From contig OX597824.1 of the NCBI GenBank assembly GCA_951406725.2, positions 41,292,001-41,356,000 of the forward strand: a DNA stretch of 64,000 nucleotides. The letters run 5' to 3'. The stretch is from Octopus vulgaris. Taxonomy: Eukaryota. The translations under genes and the position numbers were made by a program. The notes beneath the pieces were generated by a model. That model did not search any database, was not told where the DNA came from, and saw only the letters and a list, made by a program, of their open reading frames with translations. Shown one piece after another: positions 28,991 through 44,739 of this stretch (the stretch's first letter is position 1; each line of letters opens with the position of its first letter).

Positions 28991-29404
28991 GGATTGTATG
29001 CACCGGGTTCAAAATTACTGGTAAATATATGGAGGATGTAAACTTAGTTCTTAAGAAGGAACAGATCTCTTTTGTGTGACCATGCTCGTGTCTGCGAAGG
29101 CATCCCTGTCTGTCAAGGAGATATCCAGCATGATCTCGCATGTACCTTGTTTAGAAGAGCGTGTGGATCGGCCAGTGGACTCACTCGGCATTGTAGGTTT
29201 CAACATTCAGATGGGCGGGCTGCTGCTGGGTAAAAAAAATGTTTATTGTGGTTGCTATGGAATGACCTGCAAATCCCTTGCAGACCTTAGGAACCATATA
29301 AGACATTATCAACGGCGAGGAGATCAAATGTGAGATGTTTCTTTGAGTGAAATGGGTCAAGAAAGCGGTCTTACTCGGACACGAGACGACTTCTACTTTA
29401 TCCA

Positions 29405-29864
29405 TGCATGCATACATACATACATACATATATACATACACACATACATACATACATACACACATACATACACATACATACACACATACATACACATACA
29501 TACACACATACATACACACATACATACATACATACATACACACATACATACACACATACATACATACACACACATAGATACATACATACATACACACATA
29601 CACACATACATACATACATGCACACATACATACATACAAACATACATTCATACACACACACATACATACATACATACATTCATACATACATACATACACA
29701 CATAGACACATACATTCATACGCACACATACATACATACATACATACATACATACATACATACATACATACATACATACATACATACATACATACATACA
29801 TACATACATTCATACATACATACATACATACATACATACATACATACATACATACATACATACA

Positions 29865-29895
<31 letters not shown>
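29405..29895. repeat. (CATA)n compound microsatellite
   Basis: Direct inspection. Confidence 0.95.
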
Positions 29896-29897
<2 letters not shown>

Positions 29898-29999
29898 GAT
29901 GGCTGAAAACTCGTGTTCGAGTATTGCCACCACCTGATGGAAAGTCCCACACATGCGAAGGCTACGATCAGCCATCTTTGTGATATTCTTTTTTTCTGT

Positions 30000-30201
30000 T
30001 TACTTTTTACTTGTTTCAGTCATTTGACTGCGGCCATGCTGGAGCACTGCATTTAGTCGAACAAATCGTCCCTAGGGCTTATTCTTTGTAAGCGTAGTAC
30101 TTATTCTAGCGGTGTCTTGTGCTGAACCGCTATGTTACGGGAACGTAAACACGTCAACAGTTGTTAAGCGATGGTGGTAGGACAAACACAGACATACAAA
30201 T

Positions 30202-30245
<44 letters not shown>

Positions 30246-30416
30246 CACACATACTTTGGGCTTCTTTCAGTTTCCGTCTACCAAATCCACTCACAAGGCT
30301 TTGGTCGGTCCGAGACTATAGTAGAAAACACTTGCCCAAGGTGCCCCGCAGTGGGACTGAACCCAGAACCAGTTGGTTGGAAAGCAAGCTTCTTACCACA
30401 CAGCCACTCCTGCGCC
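30000..30416 (-). mobile_element. SINE family A
   Basis: Reverse copy. Confidence 0.88.
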
Positions 30417-30987
30417 TGTGTTTGCATCTATTTGCTTCTGTGTGTGTGGTTTTGTGTGTGTGTGTTTATATATATATATATATATATATGAGTATGCATG
30501 TCGTATATATTTACATGTTTTTTGTATATGTATCTATATACGTCTGTGTATGTATATATATGTATGTGTATGTCTGTGTGTGTCTGAGTGTGCGTATGTT
30601 TGTGTGTGTGTGTATTTATATATGTGTGTGTGCATAGATATGCACGTGTATGTGTGTGGGTCTATATAGAAAGGGAGATACAGGCAGATGTGTATATGTC
30701 TACATACATGCAATATATTAGAAGAGATGACAAAGGAATTAACGATTATCTTATGAATTTCACCAGCTTACAGCTGTTTCCGACATAATGATACAATGGA
30801 CTCATAGCTGAGTGCCTGAGTAACGCGTATGTATGTATGTATGTATGTATGTATGTATGTATGTATGTATGTATGTATGTATGTATGTATATATAAACAC
30901 ATATATTCTAGCAAAAACTGTCCGATGAACGGCAACGGGAAAGTCAGAGTAACAGGTTTTGTTGAATTTTCTGCTGCTTTAAATAAA

Positions 30988-31031
<44 letters not shown>

Positions 31032-31366
31032 ATGTGCATGTGAATATATGTATGTATGTATGTGCATGTGAATATGTATGTGCATGTGAATATATGAGAG
31101 AGTGTGAATATATGAGAGATGTGTGTGTTTATATAGGTGTGCATACATATATATATAAACAAACATATATGCACACATATATATGAGAGTGTGAGTGTAT
31201 GTGTGTGTGAGCATCATGTATGGCTTTACATGTTAGTGTATATATATATGTGTGTGTATATTCCTATATATTCCTTTCTTTGTGTTTCCGTGTTTCACTA
31301 GTAACTAGCTTACATGCGCCATTTATATGTGTATGTGTGTATGTATCTATGCATGTATGTGTGTAA

Positions 31367-31415
<49 letters not shown>

Positions 31416-32182
31416 TACGTGCGTGAGTGTGCTTGCTTACAGTTGGCGTGCGTGAGCTTGTGTATATGAATACGCACGCTTACATACACGCGCTTCTGTA
31501 TTAGGTTGAACAGTTACTTTGACATTCCACCCAGGAGTGTAAAATTTCAGGTTTGAGGGGAAGCCAGGTGAAAATGTAGGGAACAAAAGAGCGATTGGTG
31601 TAGAAAATGTTAGAAGAGGGTGAAAGGAGGAAAAGAAGGTTGAAAGGAAAGGAGCATAAGGAAACAGCTGAGGAGAAATATATAGGGTGAAGAGAGGCAA
31701 AGGGGTAGAAAGAGAAAGCAACGAAAGAGAGAGGAGAGAGAGAAAGAGAGAGAGAGAGCGAGACAGAATGACTGTCATTTTTTTCTTTGTTAGAATGTAA
31801 CCAGCTCTAATTCAACAATTTCGTATATGCCTTTACGAACAACAATAACAACAGCAACAACTACTGCTACCCATGCTACTTTTCCCTCATTTTCCTCTCC
31901 TCCTCTACCCTACTTCTCCTCCCTTCCTTCTCTTCCTCCTCCACCCCTCCTCCTCCTCCTCCTTTTCCTTCTTCTTCCCTTCTCTTCTTACTACAACATT
32001 TTAGTTTAGGCACAAGGCCAGCAATTTTGGAGGGGAAGAGTCGATATCGTCGATTACTGCACTTAATTTTCTCTAACCCCGGAGGAATGAAAGGCAATGT
32101 TGAGCTCGGTTGGATTTGAACTCGAAAATTTTAAGAGCCGAAAGAAGTACTGCAAAGGCATTTACTTCCCGACGCTCTAAAC

Positions 32183-33047
32183 CAGGGACTCACCAAAGTA
32201 TTTTCACGACGGGCCAGATAACTGAGAGAGTGACGAACGCATAACCATTGCATAACCATTTTGTTCAATGCAATACAGTGAATGCATAAAAAACGAGAGC
32301 ACTCAGAGAGCGCAAACCTCCGCCAAGGCAACACCAAAGTCTTCTCAACGATTAGCCAGAGATGATTTTTAAAATGAGGATATCTAAAATAAACTCGGCT
32401 GCTCTCTAAAAATTAAACCAACCACTCTCAAAAATTAAGTCAAAGAACAGGAAAACTAATACAGAATCTTTGTCCGGTACCGGATCGATCCCAAAATCTA
32501 ATCAGTTCGTTCCAGCCACGAGGTCAAACATCCCTGAAAGTTTCATCCGAATCCATCCGGCGGTTCTTCAGATATCTTATCCACGGCCAAACAAACAAAC
32601 AAACGTGACTGAAAACAACACCTCCGCCTTAGCGAAGGAGGAGGTAATAAAGACAACCAACATATTTATTTACCAGTTATTAAAGACGGTGACGTTAGCA
32701 ATAAGATAGTTATATCACACCTAGTATGCACATATCTGACTCTCACAAACTAAGCAGCAAAAAAGTTTAGTGAGATCTGTGAAACTGGTGTTTAGCTTTT
32801 AAGATATCAATATTTGCTTTAGAATTGCTGCATCCAACCAAAAGAATTGTTTTCAAATGTTTATCAGTCAACCTCGTTCGATGTGCTGACTTCACATTTT
32901 TCATTTTTGAAAATGTTTGCTCACAGACATAATGTGTGACAAACACTGATGCCATACCGGAGGCAAATGCAGGTACTTACACAAAAGGTACAGAGCGGTG
33001 GCGGACCGGATGAATTGACTTCGTGGGCCGTAGTTTGGTGACCCGTG
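32183..33047 (-). mobile_element. Non-autonomous hAT (Charlie-like) DNA transposon with 8-bp TSD
   Basis: TSD CTCTAAAC at 32175-32182 and 33048-33055. Imperfect TIRs CAGGGACTCACCAAA / TTTGGTGACCCGTG. The minus-strand ORF 32767-32955 (YVCEQTFSKMKNVKSAHRTRLTDKHL) matches the hAT dimerisation domain. Confidence 0.85.
32293..32648. mobile_element. Helentron/HINE-like non-autonomous element nested in the hAT
   Basis: Subterminal ACCTCCGCC repeat, terminal hairpin CCTCCGCCTT-AGCG-AAGGAGGAGG and (CAAA)n. Family assignment is inference. Confidence 0.5.
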
Positions 33048-33084
33048 CTCTAAACGATCCAAGCAGTTTAATAGCTGGGTTCAG

Positions 33085-33290
33085 ATTTCGGCACAAGACC
33101 AGCGATTTCGAGGTAAGGGGTTAAGTTGTTTACATCGATCCCAGTGCTCAACTGGTACTTATTTTATCGACTCCGAAAGGATGAAAGGTGAAGTCGACCT
33201 CGGCAGAATTTGAACTCAGAATGCGAAGACAAGAAATGCCGCCAAGCCTTTTGTCCTGTGTGCTAATGGTATCGCCAGCTTGTCGTCCTT
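33085..33290 (-). mobile_element. SINE family B (diverged)
   Basis: Reverse copy. Confidence 0.75.
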
Positions 33291-34015
33291 CAAGCAGTTA
33301 ATAATCCTATCTATTATAGGCACAAGGCCTGAACTCTTTGCATGAGCACCCTCCCTGTACATAACTCCATGTCCCCCTACATGGCCTTGCTTTTTGCTTT
33401 TTGAACCAAAAAATTAACTTAACTTAACTAAGATATATTCTTCCATGCCTCATTGTTTTCACTTACACTTCTTACGAAGAATATAATTATTTCATCTTCG
33501 CCCGTTCCTAAATATATTCCTCGGGCAACGAAGCATTCTTTTTTGTAACACTTTACTTCCTGCCTTATTCCTCTGTCTATAGTCGATCAATGTTTAGTGG
33601 TTCTCTTTGGTTTGCACGACTAACAATAAATGAGTTGCTGTCGATTTTGTCGTTGGTAGTGTTTCTGTTAATGTTGTGTGAGTTAACGGTTTTACTTGTC
33701 AAATTATTGACTGCCTGTGTTTATAGTGGATCTGTTTCATAACATTTTCACAACTAACTTTGTGACTCGCTCTACTCCAGAGGTAATCAATTTGATCTTC
33801 TAATAAACAGCAGCTGCAACAACTACAATACTTCTGGGTTAGGTGCAATTTGAGGGAGGGAGACGATGCTATCAATCCCAGTACCTGAGTGCTGTATTGT
33901 TTTAGCGAAAAGTAAAGTTGACCACAGTAGAATTTGGACTCACGACGTAAAGGGCCGAAACTAATACTACAAAGTCATTTTCCCGTCAGTTTGACGAATC
34001 TGTCATCTCACTGTC

Positions 34016-34070
<55 letters not shown>

Positions 34071-34096
34071 TAATAATAATAATGATAATAATAATG

Positions 34097-34172
<76 letters not shown>

Positions 34173-34174
34173 TG

Positions 34175-34257
<83 letters not shown>

Positions 34258-34259
34258 CC

Positions 34260-34473
34260 TTTCTAGTATAGGCAAAAGACCTGAAATTTTGGGGGAGGGG
34301 TAAGTCGATTACATCGAACCAGTGCGTAACTGGTTCGTGTTTAATCAATCCCGAAAGGATGAAAAGCAAAGTCTACCTCAGCGGAATTTGAACCCAGAAT
34401 GACGTAGCGGCAGACAAAATATCGTTAAGCATTTAGCCCGGCGTGCTAACGATTCTGCCAGCTTACCGCCTTC
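34260..34473 (-). mobile_element. SINE family B with long (AAT)n tail (34018-34258)
   Basis: Reverse copy. Confidence 0.85.
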
Positions 34474-36649
34474 ATAATTATATTAGTAATACTACTTTCT
34501 TTATTGGCCACAAAGGCCACAAATGTCTTATAAAAGACATTTAAGACAATACAAAGGCAAAGGACAGTAGGGATTTTACACGTATAAGCAATGGGAAAAC
34601 AATATCACCAAGAGAATTATAAGAACTAAGTTCGTTAATAGTGGGGTAATGCTATCCAGGTATAGCCAAAGAACCCCACATATCTTCAGTCACCCTGCTG
34701 ACCATGCTAAGTGCTTCTCTCTCTTCTGTACTTTTCAGCCAACAGGTGCATTCTCAGAATAGGACCATTCACTCGGGCCGTTCCCGCAACATTCACCCAC
34801 CATTTAACAAGTTTACTGGGGACAAGGGGCAGTATCTCTCTCTCTCCATCATCACCTTTTTTTAATGGAACATAAAAAACAAGAATGAAATTAAAGATCT
34901 TCTTTTAGTGTGTGTTCAGATCTTTTAGGTCTCGTTCACCATATCACTGCTTTCGTACTAGCCACCAAAGAGAGAAACACTATCTGTCCTTCTCGGCCTG
35001 AGGAGGGTGGTGGGGAGATCTTCACGATGGAGCCGGCTGATAAGTGCATCCATCCTACACGCAACATCTGTTTGACATAACTCCATATGTCAGTAATACT
35101 CGGGCACTGTACGAATGCAATAACAACAACAGTAGTCGCTATGACTATTGTATTACAACGTCCAGCTCAACCACCACCACTACCAAAACCACAACCACAA
35201 CCAAAACTACTACTGTAATTACAACAAAAACATCACTATTAAAATTACTTCATTATCTAAACAGTCACCACTGCCAGTACTTCAACCGAAACTGCCACGT
35301 TGCAGTAACATAACACCATCACTTCCACTATTATTACCACCAGAACCACCACCACCACAACCACCACCACCACCACCACCACAACCACCACCACCACCAC
35401 CACAACCACCACCACCACCACCACCACCATCACTCCCAATAACATCTCCAATCTCAACCATATGGACATCACCCTTTCTATCATTACCACCACCCTCACT
35501 ACCACCACCAACACTACTACCACCACCACTACCATCCCCATTGCCACTATCACCACTATCACTACCACCATCTCCGCCACTACCATCACATCAGCGCCAC
35601 CACTACCACCTTCAACCCCTCCCCACCAAATACTACAACACATTTCCACACGACCACCACCCCAACTACTATCACCACCCACACTTTCACTACTACCATC
35701 ACCACAACCACGAGTACACAACGACGACCACCACTACCAACACCACCACGGCCACTGCCGCCGCCGCCGCCATACACTAATCTGTAGATCTTTTCTTTTT
35801 ACACGACCTGAACAACCCGTCTTCAGTCTTAAAGATGGCTTTTCCAGTCAACTAGAGAAAGAGGACCAGGACAGGGTGGCGGGTAGGTTTTATGGGGAAA
35901 GACAGGGTGGCCAGTGGAGGTGGAGGTGGAGTGACAGGTGATTAAGAAGACACACACACACACACAACAGGTGGCACGTGTCGTTAAATATAAGTCTGAA
36001 GGAGTAAAAGAAGGTGGAAGAGGGGGAGCGCTCAGATGATCTCTCCTTACTGCACCATGTCACCTGGCAGTGGGGGGGGATTTGTGGTAGCCTTTTTCTC
36101 TAATGGTAACGATGGTGGTGGTGGTGTATAGGCGGTGGTGGTGGTGGCTTGCAGAGATAAAAGTGATATTGGTCGTGGAGTTGTGTGTGGTTGAGCGGGG
36201 GGTGGGGGGGTGGGGGAGGGGGAGTAGGCATTCTTGATAGTAGTATTAGTAGTAGTTGCAGCAACAAGGGTAGTAGTAGTAGTAGTAGTAGTAATATTAG
36301 TATTAGCAGTAGTAGTAGTATTAATATTAGTAGTAGTAGAAGAAAAAGAAGCTGCAGCAGCATTAGTAGCATTCGTAGCAACAACAATAGTAGTAGAAGT
36401 AGTAATAGTACCACCAAAAGTAGTAGTACTTGCAGAAGTATTACTAGTTGTAATAGTGGTAGCAGCAGTTGTAGCAGCAACAATAGTAGTAGTAGTAGTA
36501 ACAGCAACAATACTTATAGTAATAATAAAACTGCGCTGTAGTAGTAGTAGTAGTAGTAGTATCAGCGAAAAGAGCAGCATTACCAGTATAAGTAGTAGTA
36601 GTGGTGGTGGTAGTCGAGTATTGCCAGCATCTGGCGTGGGCGTTTCTGG

Positions 36650-36737
<88 letters not shown>

Positions 36738-37194
36738 CAGACAGACTGAGAGACGCGTGAAGGTTGTGTAGAGGTAGAAGAGGGTGGAGCTAAGAGGAGC
36801 TGCGGGGTGGGTGGTTGGGGTTAAGATCTGCTCAAACAAAAGAAAGGAGCATGTAAAGCCTGCCACACGACACTCTACGTACGTCGTCGTAAGCCGAGTT
36901 AAACTATTAACCACCTGTAGCTTCGGGGTGTGAGTGGGAGGAGATAGTGAATTGGCTGGTGGTGATGTTTGCACGGGAGGAGGAGCACCAACGTGCAAGA
37001 AGTAAGGCTACTTACTTACATTACTACTTGTGAAAAAGAAGACAAAAAAAAAGCGGGAAATGCAACACGGGTTCGATTTCTAGGTGAAACTTGTTTCATT
37101 CTTTTTTTGTAATCTATTTCTGTCTCACTCACTTTCTCTCCTGTGATTAATTGATCGATAAATTTCTTATCTCCATGAATATACATCACGAAGA

Positions 37195-37250
<56 letters not shown>

Positions 37251-37351
37251 AAGGAGAGAGGGAGTGATAGATGTATTTTGGGCTTATATAAAGTTAAAAA
37301 TAAAGTAAAATAAAATAAAATTAATATAATATAAAATATCAGTATTATAAT

Positions 37352-37770
<419 letters not shown>

Positions 37771-38247
37771 CAGTATTATTGTTGCCGTCACCACCACCAC
37801 CACCGCCACCGCTGCGGCCGCGGTCACCGCTATCATCATCATCATCATCATCATCATGCTATCCACCTTCTCCACAACTACCACCACAATTATCATGGTA
37901 ACTACACTTACTCGAATTGCAAGAAATAACAAAAAGGAAACCACACCCTAATGGTGTTATCAAAAAAACAAAAAACAAAAAAAGGATACGTTCAGTGGTT
38001 GATGTAGTTCTGCGTTTGCTTGCACCAGGGTATATGACGGGATGGTTAGGGCCGGAATGCCTTTGATCATAGGACTGCCCGGACGCGGTTGACCTGTGGC
38101 TAAACATCAACAACAACAACAGCAACAACAATCCCACCACCACTACCACCACCACCACCACCACCATAATCAGCTGGCATTTCGTTCCCCCTCCTCCTCT
38201 TTCTCCTCCTCCTCCTCCTCCTCCTCCTCCTCCTCCTCCTCCTCCTC

Positions 38248-38292
<45 letters not shown>

Positions 38293-38436
38293 TCATCCTC
38301 CCTCGCCCTTCGTCTCCATAAAGGCAGCTGCTTTCACGGTCAAAAAGTAAAGTCAAAAAGAATAGTTGCTTAGTTGCTTGGTAAGTGGTATTACATGAAC
38401 CATAAGGGAGATAGATAGATCGATAGGGGGAGATAG

Positions 38437-38485
<49 letters not shown>

Positions 38486-38710
38486 GGGAGTGATAGAGAG
38501 GAAGAAAGCGAGGGATAAAGAAAGGTATTTTGGGCTTATATAAAGTATTTCTTAACAGCCGCGCCATCCCGACACCGTCGGCAACAATGTCACCAGATAC
38601 AACAGCTTTAGCTTGCGTTGTCAACGTTACTGCAACAGGTATACAGTACAAACATACATACATACATACATACATACATACATACATACATACATACATA
38701 ATACATAAAT

Positions 38711-38756
<46 letters not shown>

Positions 38757-38789
38757 ATACATATGTGTGTGTGTGTGTCTATTTTTTAA

Positions 38790-38973
<184 letters not shown>

Positions 38974-39070
38974 ATACAAAAATACACACACAGACACACA
39001 CACACACACACATATAGATCGCTAGCCACTACACATACTTTATTTTCTCTCCTTGTTTCTTTCTGTGCTC

Positions 39071-39106
39071 CTTTCTGTAGAAGAGCGTAGGCTCGAAACG
39101 TTAAAG
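39071..39106 (+). ncRNA. Hammerhead variant (core CTGTAGA)
   Basis: CTTT-CTGTAGA-A-GAGC(GTAG)GCTC-GAAA-CG-TT-AAAG. Confidence 0.55.
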
Positions 39107-39197
39107 ACTTTTTCACTTCCCGAGCGTTAAACTAATAGATTTGTTCATTGTCTACACCACTCGTTAAAATTTTTTAGAAATTATTCTCCCTATATAC

Positions 39198-39573
39198 TCT
39201 TTTACTCTTTTACTTGTTTCAGTCATTTGACTCCGGCCATGCTGTAGCACCGCCTTTAGTCGAGGAAATCGACCTCAGGACTTATTCTTTGTAAGCCTTG
39301 TACTTATTCCATTGGTCTCTTTTACCGAACCGCTAGGTGACGGGGACGTAAACACACCGGCATCGGCTGTCAAGTGATGTTGGGGAGGGGGACAAACACA
39401 GGCACACAAGCACACACACACACATATATACATATACATATATACGACGGGTTTCTTTCAGTTTCCGTCGACCAAATCCACTCACAAGGCTGTGGTCGGT
39501 CCGAGGCTATAGTAAAAAAAAAACACTTGCCCAAGGTGCCACGCAGTGGGACTGAACCTGGAACCATGTGATT

Positions 39574-39576
<3 letters not shown>
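39198..39576 (-). mobile_element. SINE family A
   Basis: Reverse copy, head truncated. Confidence 0.88.
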
Positions 39577-39618
<42 letters not shown>

Positions 39619-39629
39619 CTTTTTTTCTC

Positions 39630-39719
39630 AGAATGAGATAAAAAACCAAGGCTGTGAAGATTTTGGAACATTTATAAATAGAAAAAAATCTTCACAGCCT
39701 TGGTCTTTTATCTCATTCT
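39630..39719. repeat. ~35-bp-arm hairpin next to (TA)n
   Basis: AGAATGAGATAAAAAACCAAGGCTGTGAAGATTTT, then its near-exact reverse complement after a ~20-nt spacer. Confidence 0.8.
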
Positions 39720-39879
39720 AAAAAAAAAAAATTATATATACACATGCCGATACATTGGACTCTTTTATTCGCATAATCACCGAACCTGGAACTTAACTAT
39801 GGTCTATCCATAGCACTTACTAAGCATTACCTGACACCTTTGGGTCTTATTGACACCATTAGCTCTCATAACCTCTCCC

Positions 39880-39932
<53 letters not shown>

Positions 39933-40001
39933 TTACACATACATATGTACACGCACATATATGTATATACATATATATATGTATATAGAGACGTTATACA
40001 T

Positions 40002-40062
<61 letters not shown>

Positions 40063-41159
40063 TGTGCCTGTGAGTGTGTGAGTTTGTGCCTGCTCCGTCA
40101 CTGCTTCATGATCGATGTTGGTTTGTGTACATCCCTGCAAATTATCGGTTCGGCGTAAAAGACCGATAGGATAAGTACCAAACTAAGAAAAAAAAAAGGG
40201 TAAGGAAAGAAGTCCTGGGGTTGATTCTTTCGACTCCAACCCTTGAAAACGGTACCCCCCATCTCGAGCCGCCGTCGAATGACTGAAACAAATAAGCGAT
40301 AAAAAAATTATAATCACTCGTCATAAAGCCAATATATATACCATAAAGCTATGGTAATCACCACCGCCACCACCACCTCTTGTAATACCACTACAAAGAT
40401 AGCAACAGTGATACTACCGCCGTCACCACCACCACCACCTCTAACATCACAAACACCATAACAATAGATAAAAGTGTTTGGTAGTGGTTAGACGTCGGAG
40501 GTCACGGAGTTTATTAATCTCTGGCACACGCCGTCTGTTGTTTCGCTGAGAATAACCAGGAGGGTAGTGGTGGCAAGGTGATAGTTATAGGGGTGATGGT
40601 GGTGGTGGTGATGGTGGTGGTGGTGATGGTGGTGTGATGGTGGTGAAGCTTGGAGTGGTGGTGGTGGTTGTAGTAGTAGTAGTGGTGAATGTGGTAGTGG
40701 TGATTGTCATTGTGCTGGCTGCGGTAGTGACGGTTGTTGTAGTAGTTGTGGTTGTGGTGGTTGTGTTGGTTTTGGTGGTTTTGGTGGTTTTGGTGGTTTT
40801 GGTGGTGGTTGTGGTTTTGGTGGTGGTTGTGGTTTTGTTGGTGGTTGTGGCTTTGGTTGTGGTTTTGGTGGATGTGGTTTCGGTGGTTGTGGTGGTAGTG
40901 GCAGTGCTGGTTGTTGTTTTGGTTGTGGTTTTGGTTGTGGTTTTGTTTGTGGTTGTGGTTTTGGTGGTGGTTGTGGTTGCGGTGGTAGTTATGATGGTGA
41001 AAATGGTAGCTGTAGTGATAGTGGGACTTGTTTAATTCCCTTCAACCATTTGAGGTATTTCAAATTTTCATTAGATTATTTTCAAATTTCTACGCTGATA
41101 TAGCTTTTGCATGCTGATAACGAAAATCACATTCAGTTTCTCTTAGAAATAAATAATTA

Positions 41160-41322
41160 TTTCCAATTTTGGCACAAGACCAGTAATTTTAGGGGAGGGG
41201 TGACAATTAGATTGTATCGATCCCAGTGCTCAGCTGGTACTACTTATTTTATGGTCCCCGAAAAGCATAGATGACCTCGGCGGAATATGAACTCAGAACG
41301 TAATGGCAGACGAAATACCGCC
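41160..41322 (-). mobile_element. SINE family B fragment
   Basis: Reverse copy, diverged. Confidence 0.7.
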
Positions 41323-41371
41323 TTCTAGAAATTACTACTACTACTACTACCACCACCACCACCACCACCAT

Positions 41372-41421
<50 letters not shown>

Positions 41422-42270
41422 ATAATAATAATAATAATGTTACTAGCATTTAAAATTATGTAATTTTAGCCAATAGGAAGCCCCAGTTACCAACATAATG
41501 GAAGTCGTGCCCGTGCTTCTCTGTGAGAACAGGACAAACACTATGAAAATAAAACTTTTGGGTGGTCACTCGACCTGCTCGAAATAACAGAACAATTTTC
41601 CTTAAACTACACCATAACATCTAAAAAAGAACAAAAGACGATGAAGCATTGTGCCACAGCGCTATATATTTTCTCACTTGAGGTAGGCCCAAGTGCTTAC
41701 CACTTGTTGAGTGTTATTAATAACATTTTAAAGTGAAGTCTATTTCCACCGACGTAACCTTTTATCGAACTCACGACCCTCGAAACACTTACTAGGCCCT
41801 CATAGATCGATATTAAACGTACTTTCTCTTTTCTTATGATAAAATTGTAAACAAAGTTTCGAGACACACAGTTCTTTGGTATGTGTAGACAAAAAGACCA
41901 AAAAGTTATTTTATATTGAGATATATCTACTGAAAGATGAACTCTGATCAGCTATTACACTTCAAAACCAACCATTCACAACATTTGTACAATCAAGTCG
42001 ATAGATCGCCCTCAAAGTCCTTTCAGCTTGTATCACCTAGGCCGATCAATCGGCCTGGGTATCTCAAGAGGGTTAAAAGAAAAAGGTGGTAACGATGGTG
42101 GTAGAGATAGAATCGGTTACCAATGCATGAAGTGTAGTGTTGACGACATCAATGGCGATGGTGATGATGATGGGGTAATGATGATGATGATAATTATGCT
42201 GGTGATCATGATGGTGGTGGTAGTGATGGTATTCTTTCTCCACCACCAAACTCTGTAATATATATCTATA

Positions 42271-42661
42271 TCTATATATATATCAAGCTGAAGTTGTCTG
42301 TGTGTGGCAGGTTTGATAGCCTTCTACTAACACTATCTCCTCCGAGACCCTGCGGCGCAAGTTGACCAAAATTGAGAGTATGATAGAAGGCTTGCTCTTC
42401 CTTCCGTAGAAGAAAAAATTCAAATCGCACCATGTTAAAACCAAAAATTATTTATATCAAAAAGGTGCTTTTTTTCTATGAAAATCCCTAATTTTTTACG
42501 ATTTTTTTGACTGCTGTGTTGCCATTTTTCGGTGTATTTCAGCCAGAAAAATGTTCACTTAAAGAGAATAACAAGCTACATAATGCAAAATTTTTACTTT
42601 TCAAAAATTCCAATTCTAAAGTGTCGAAAGAAATCCGAGCAACGCCAGGCGATACTGCTAG
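42271..42661 (+). mobile_element. Non-autonomous Helitron
   Basis: 5' TC(TATATA...) start and 3' GC-rich GAGCAACGCCAGGCG followed by CTAG. Inserted between A and T with no TSD. Confidence 0.7.
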
Positions 42662-42879
42662 TATATATATAAACATAGTATTTTACTGTTTGTTTTGTGG
42701 TTTGTGCTAGATGAAAATGTTTTGTCAGCGTTCTGTCATTTTACGACATATTTGTTTTTATTTCTTTGTTTATGAGTTTCAGAGGCCAGAGGAGCATATT
42801 CTGTTCGCTAACTAACTAGAAGTACAGCAGAATCTCACAGATGTGATCATAGTATAAGTCTATGGAGCAGCAAGACCAT

Positions 42880-43290
42880 CTCCTGTAATCTCAGTCTTGA
42901 GCATTGCCACCTGCATCATCTTTCCTGGTGAAGCTCAGTTGCTTTAGGTTTTCCTGAAGGTGGCACACTATGTCTACTTGAGTCCTCCTGTCTTTCTTCA
43001 TACCCGTGGTGGTACCCATTGTACGCCAGTCTGAAAAGATGAACAGTCTCACTCTTCTGTCTGTCACTATCTCCTGCATGCTGTGCAGTTAGACTCTTCT
43101 CAAGACTTCAGAGTTTGTGATTCTGTCCTTGTAGATGATCCTGAGTATTCTGCATAGACTCCGTTGGTAGAATGCAGTCAACCTCTGAGTAATCTAGACA
43201 GTCATTTTCCCAAGTTTCATCTGCATGGACTGCTGCTGGCAGGACCATGCCCTAGTACCGCAGGATCTTCATACGGTTGCCAATTGAAGT
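42880..43290 (-). pseudogene. RTE-like LINE RT remnant
   Basis: Minus-strand translation FYQRSLCRILRIIYKDRITNSEVLRRV...QEIVTDRRVRL. Confidence 0.7.
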
Positions 43291-44739
43291 GCTGGCCTCG
43301 ATGTAATATAAGGAGTTAAAAGACAAACTATATTGCTTTGATCGTTCAGATTGATTAAACCAATCAGACCGACCAAGGAAAAAAAAGACAATTCTATTCT
43401 CAAACTGCATTTCTCCTTTTCCCAATACGAATTGATTATATTGGAGGTATCTCCCTTGATTGTTGTATTTTTTCTATTTCAAACACCGTTAAAGAGAGTT
43501 TTAAACTCATCGCTGTGAAATGAGTGGCAAAACCAGTTAAAATGGGTATCGGATCTAAAACCTACGTTTACCTTAAACTAGAATACTTACCACATAGATA
43601 ACCTGCTGCAATCTCCCTAGACAACTCCGAAATTAACCCTCCATAACAGTGTTTCTGAAAGATTTTTTTAACAATTGTTCCTTTTCTCTTACCAACGCAT
43701 TTTCAAGCTCATCACATTTTTAATGTACACGCACGTACCGTTGCACCAGAATGATTTAAGCACTAGCTTGGTGCAAGTGACTACTCATCACCACGTTACG
43801 ACACTTTAAGTGACTACTGGAAGCATAGGTCGTATGTATTCGGTTATGCTTTATTTACTTGTTCAAAGTCTATTATTCTTGTTGATGTTGCTGTTATTGT
43901 CGTTGTTGTGATTGTGGCTAACAAGCAATTTTTTTCAGATAATAGTTCAGTAGGAGTCAAAGACTGAAGAAAACTGTACAGAGGCATCTATTACCTCCAT
44001 CGCCACCATCGCCCCCGCTCACCCTTTTTGTTCTCAATACACATATAAAACTTTCCACCGCCCTCCTTTGTGAAACACTAGACTAGACTTAAGCATATCT
44101 TCACCATTTTACAGTAATACTCCGTTCATCCTCCAGATTTTCCAGGTCACCATTCTCTCCTTACGAAACCCATAACTTAAGGATCTCATAAATCTCTCTT
44201 CAGACGAAGGGAAATAATTCAACATTATTTACATTATTTACAATTGACGGATATTTGTCCTCATTTTGTTTGTTGTTAACACAAATTGTAAATAAAGGTA
44301 AATAATGTACATAATTCTTCATCTCTTAAATATAGAACTGGAAATAATTCTGTCTCATAGTTAACAAAATTACCTAAAATGATCACGCTACGGCATCTGT
44401 AAAGTTTCATTGAGAACCGTCAACACTAAGCAATTTCAAAGGGTGTTAATGGATAACGGCTATCCAATATTCTTTATGAGGTACAGGTTTAGTAATAAAC
44501 ACTTAACGAGTGTTAACATCTCTAGCCGCAGCACTGGTTTTCTAATGCAGCCGTGGTTACCCGACAGAATCATTGGTGCTATCTGTCCGGTCATGTAAAA
44601 GAAAGGACTAAACGGCTGGCAAATACTGGACCTTACTTGAGAAAATATCTGTCTGAGATTCATTCCCCACCCGGCAACAATATATGCACGCTGGCAAAAC
44701 TGATCTATCAAGAATGCGTACACGAAGTTACATCTTCTT

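Noticed and set aside
34495-35100. Possible minus-strand L1/Tx1-like 3' remnant
   Set aside because: Too degenerate to support with a clear translated motif.
35148-36998. Pro-rich, Thr-rich and Leu-rich ORFs
   Set aside because: They derive from (CCA)n/(TAG)n low-complexity tracts, with no domain or firm exon evidence.
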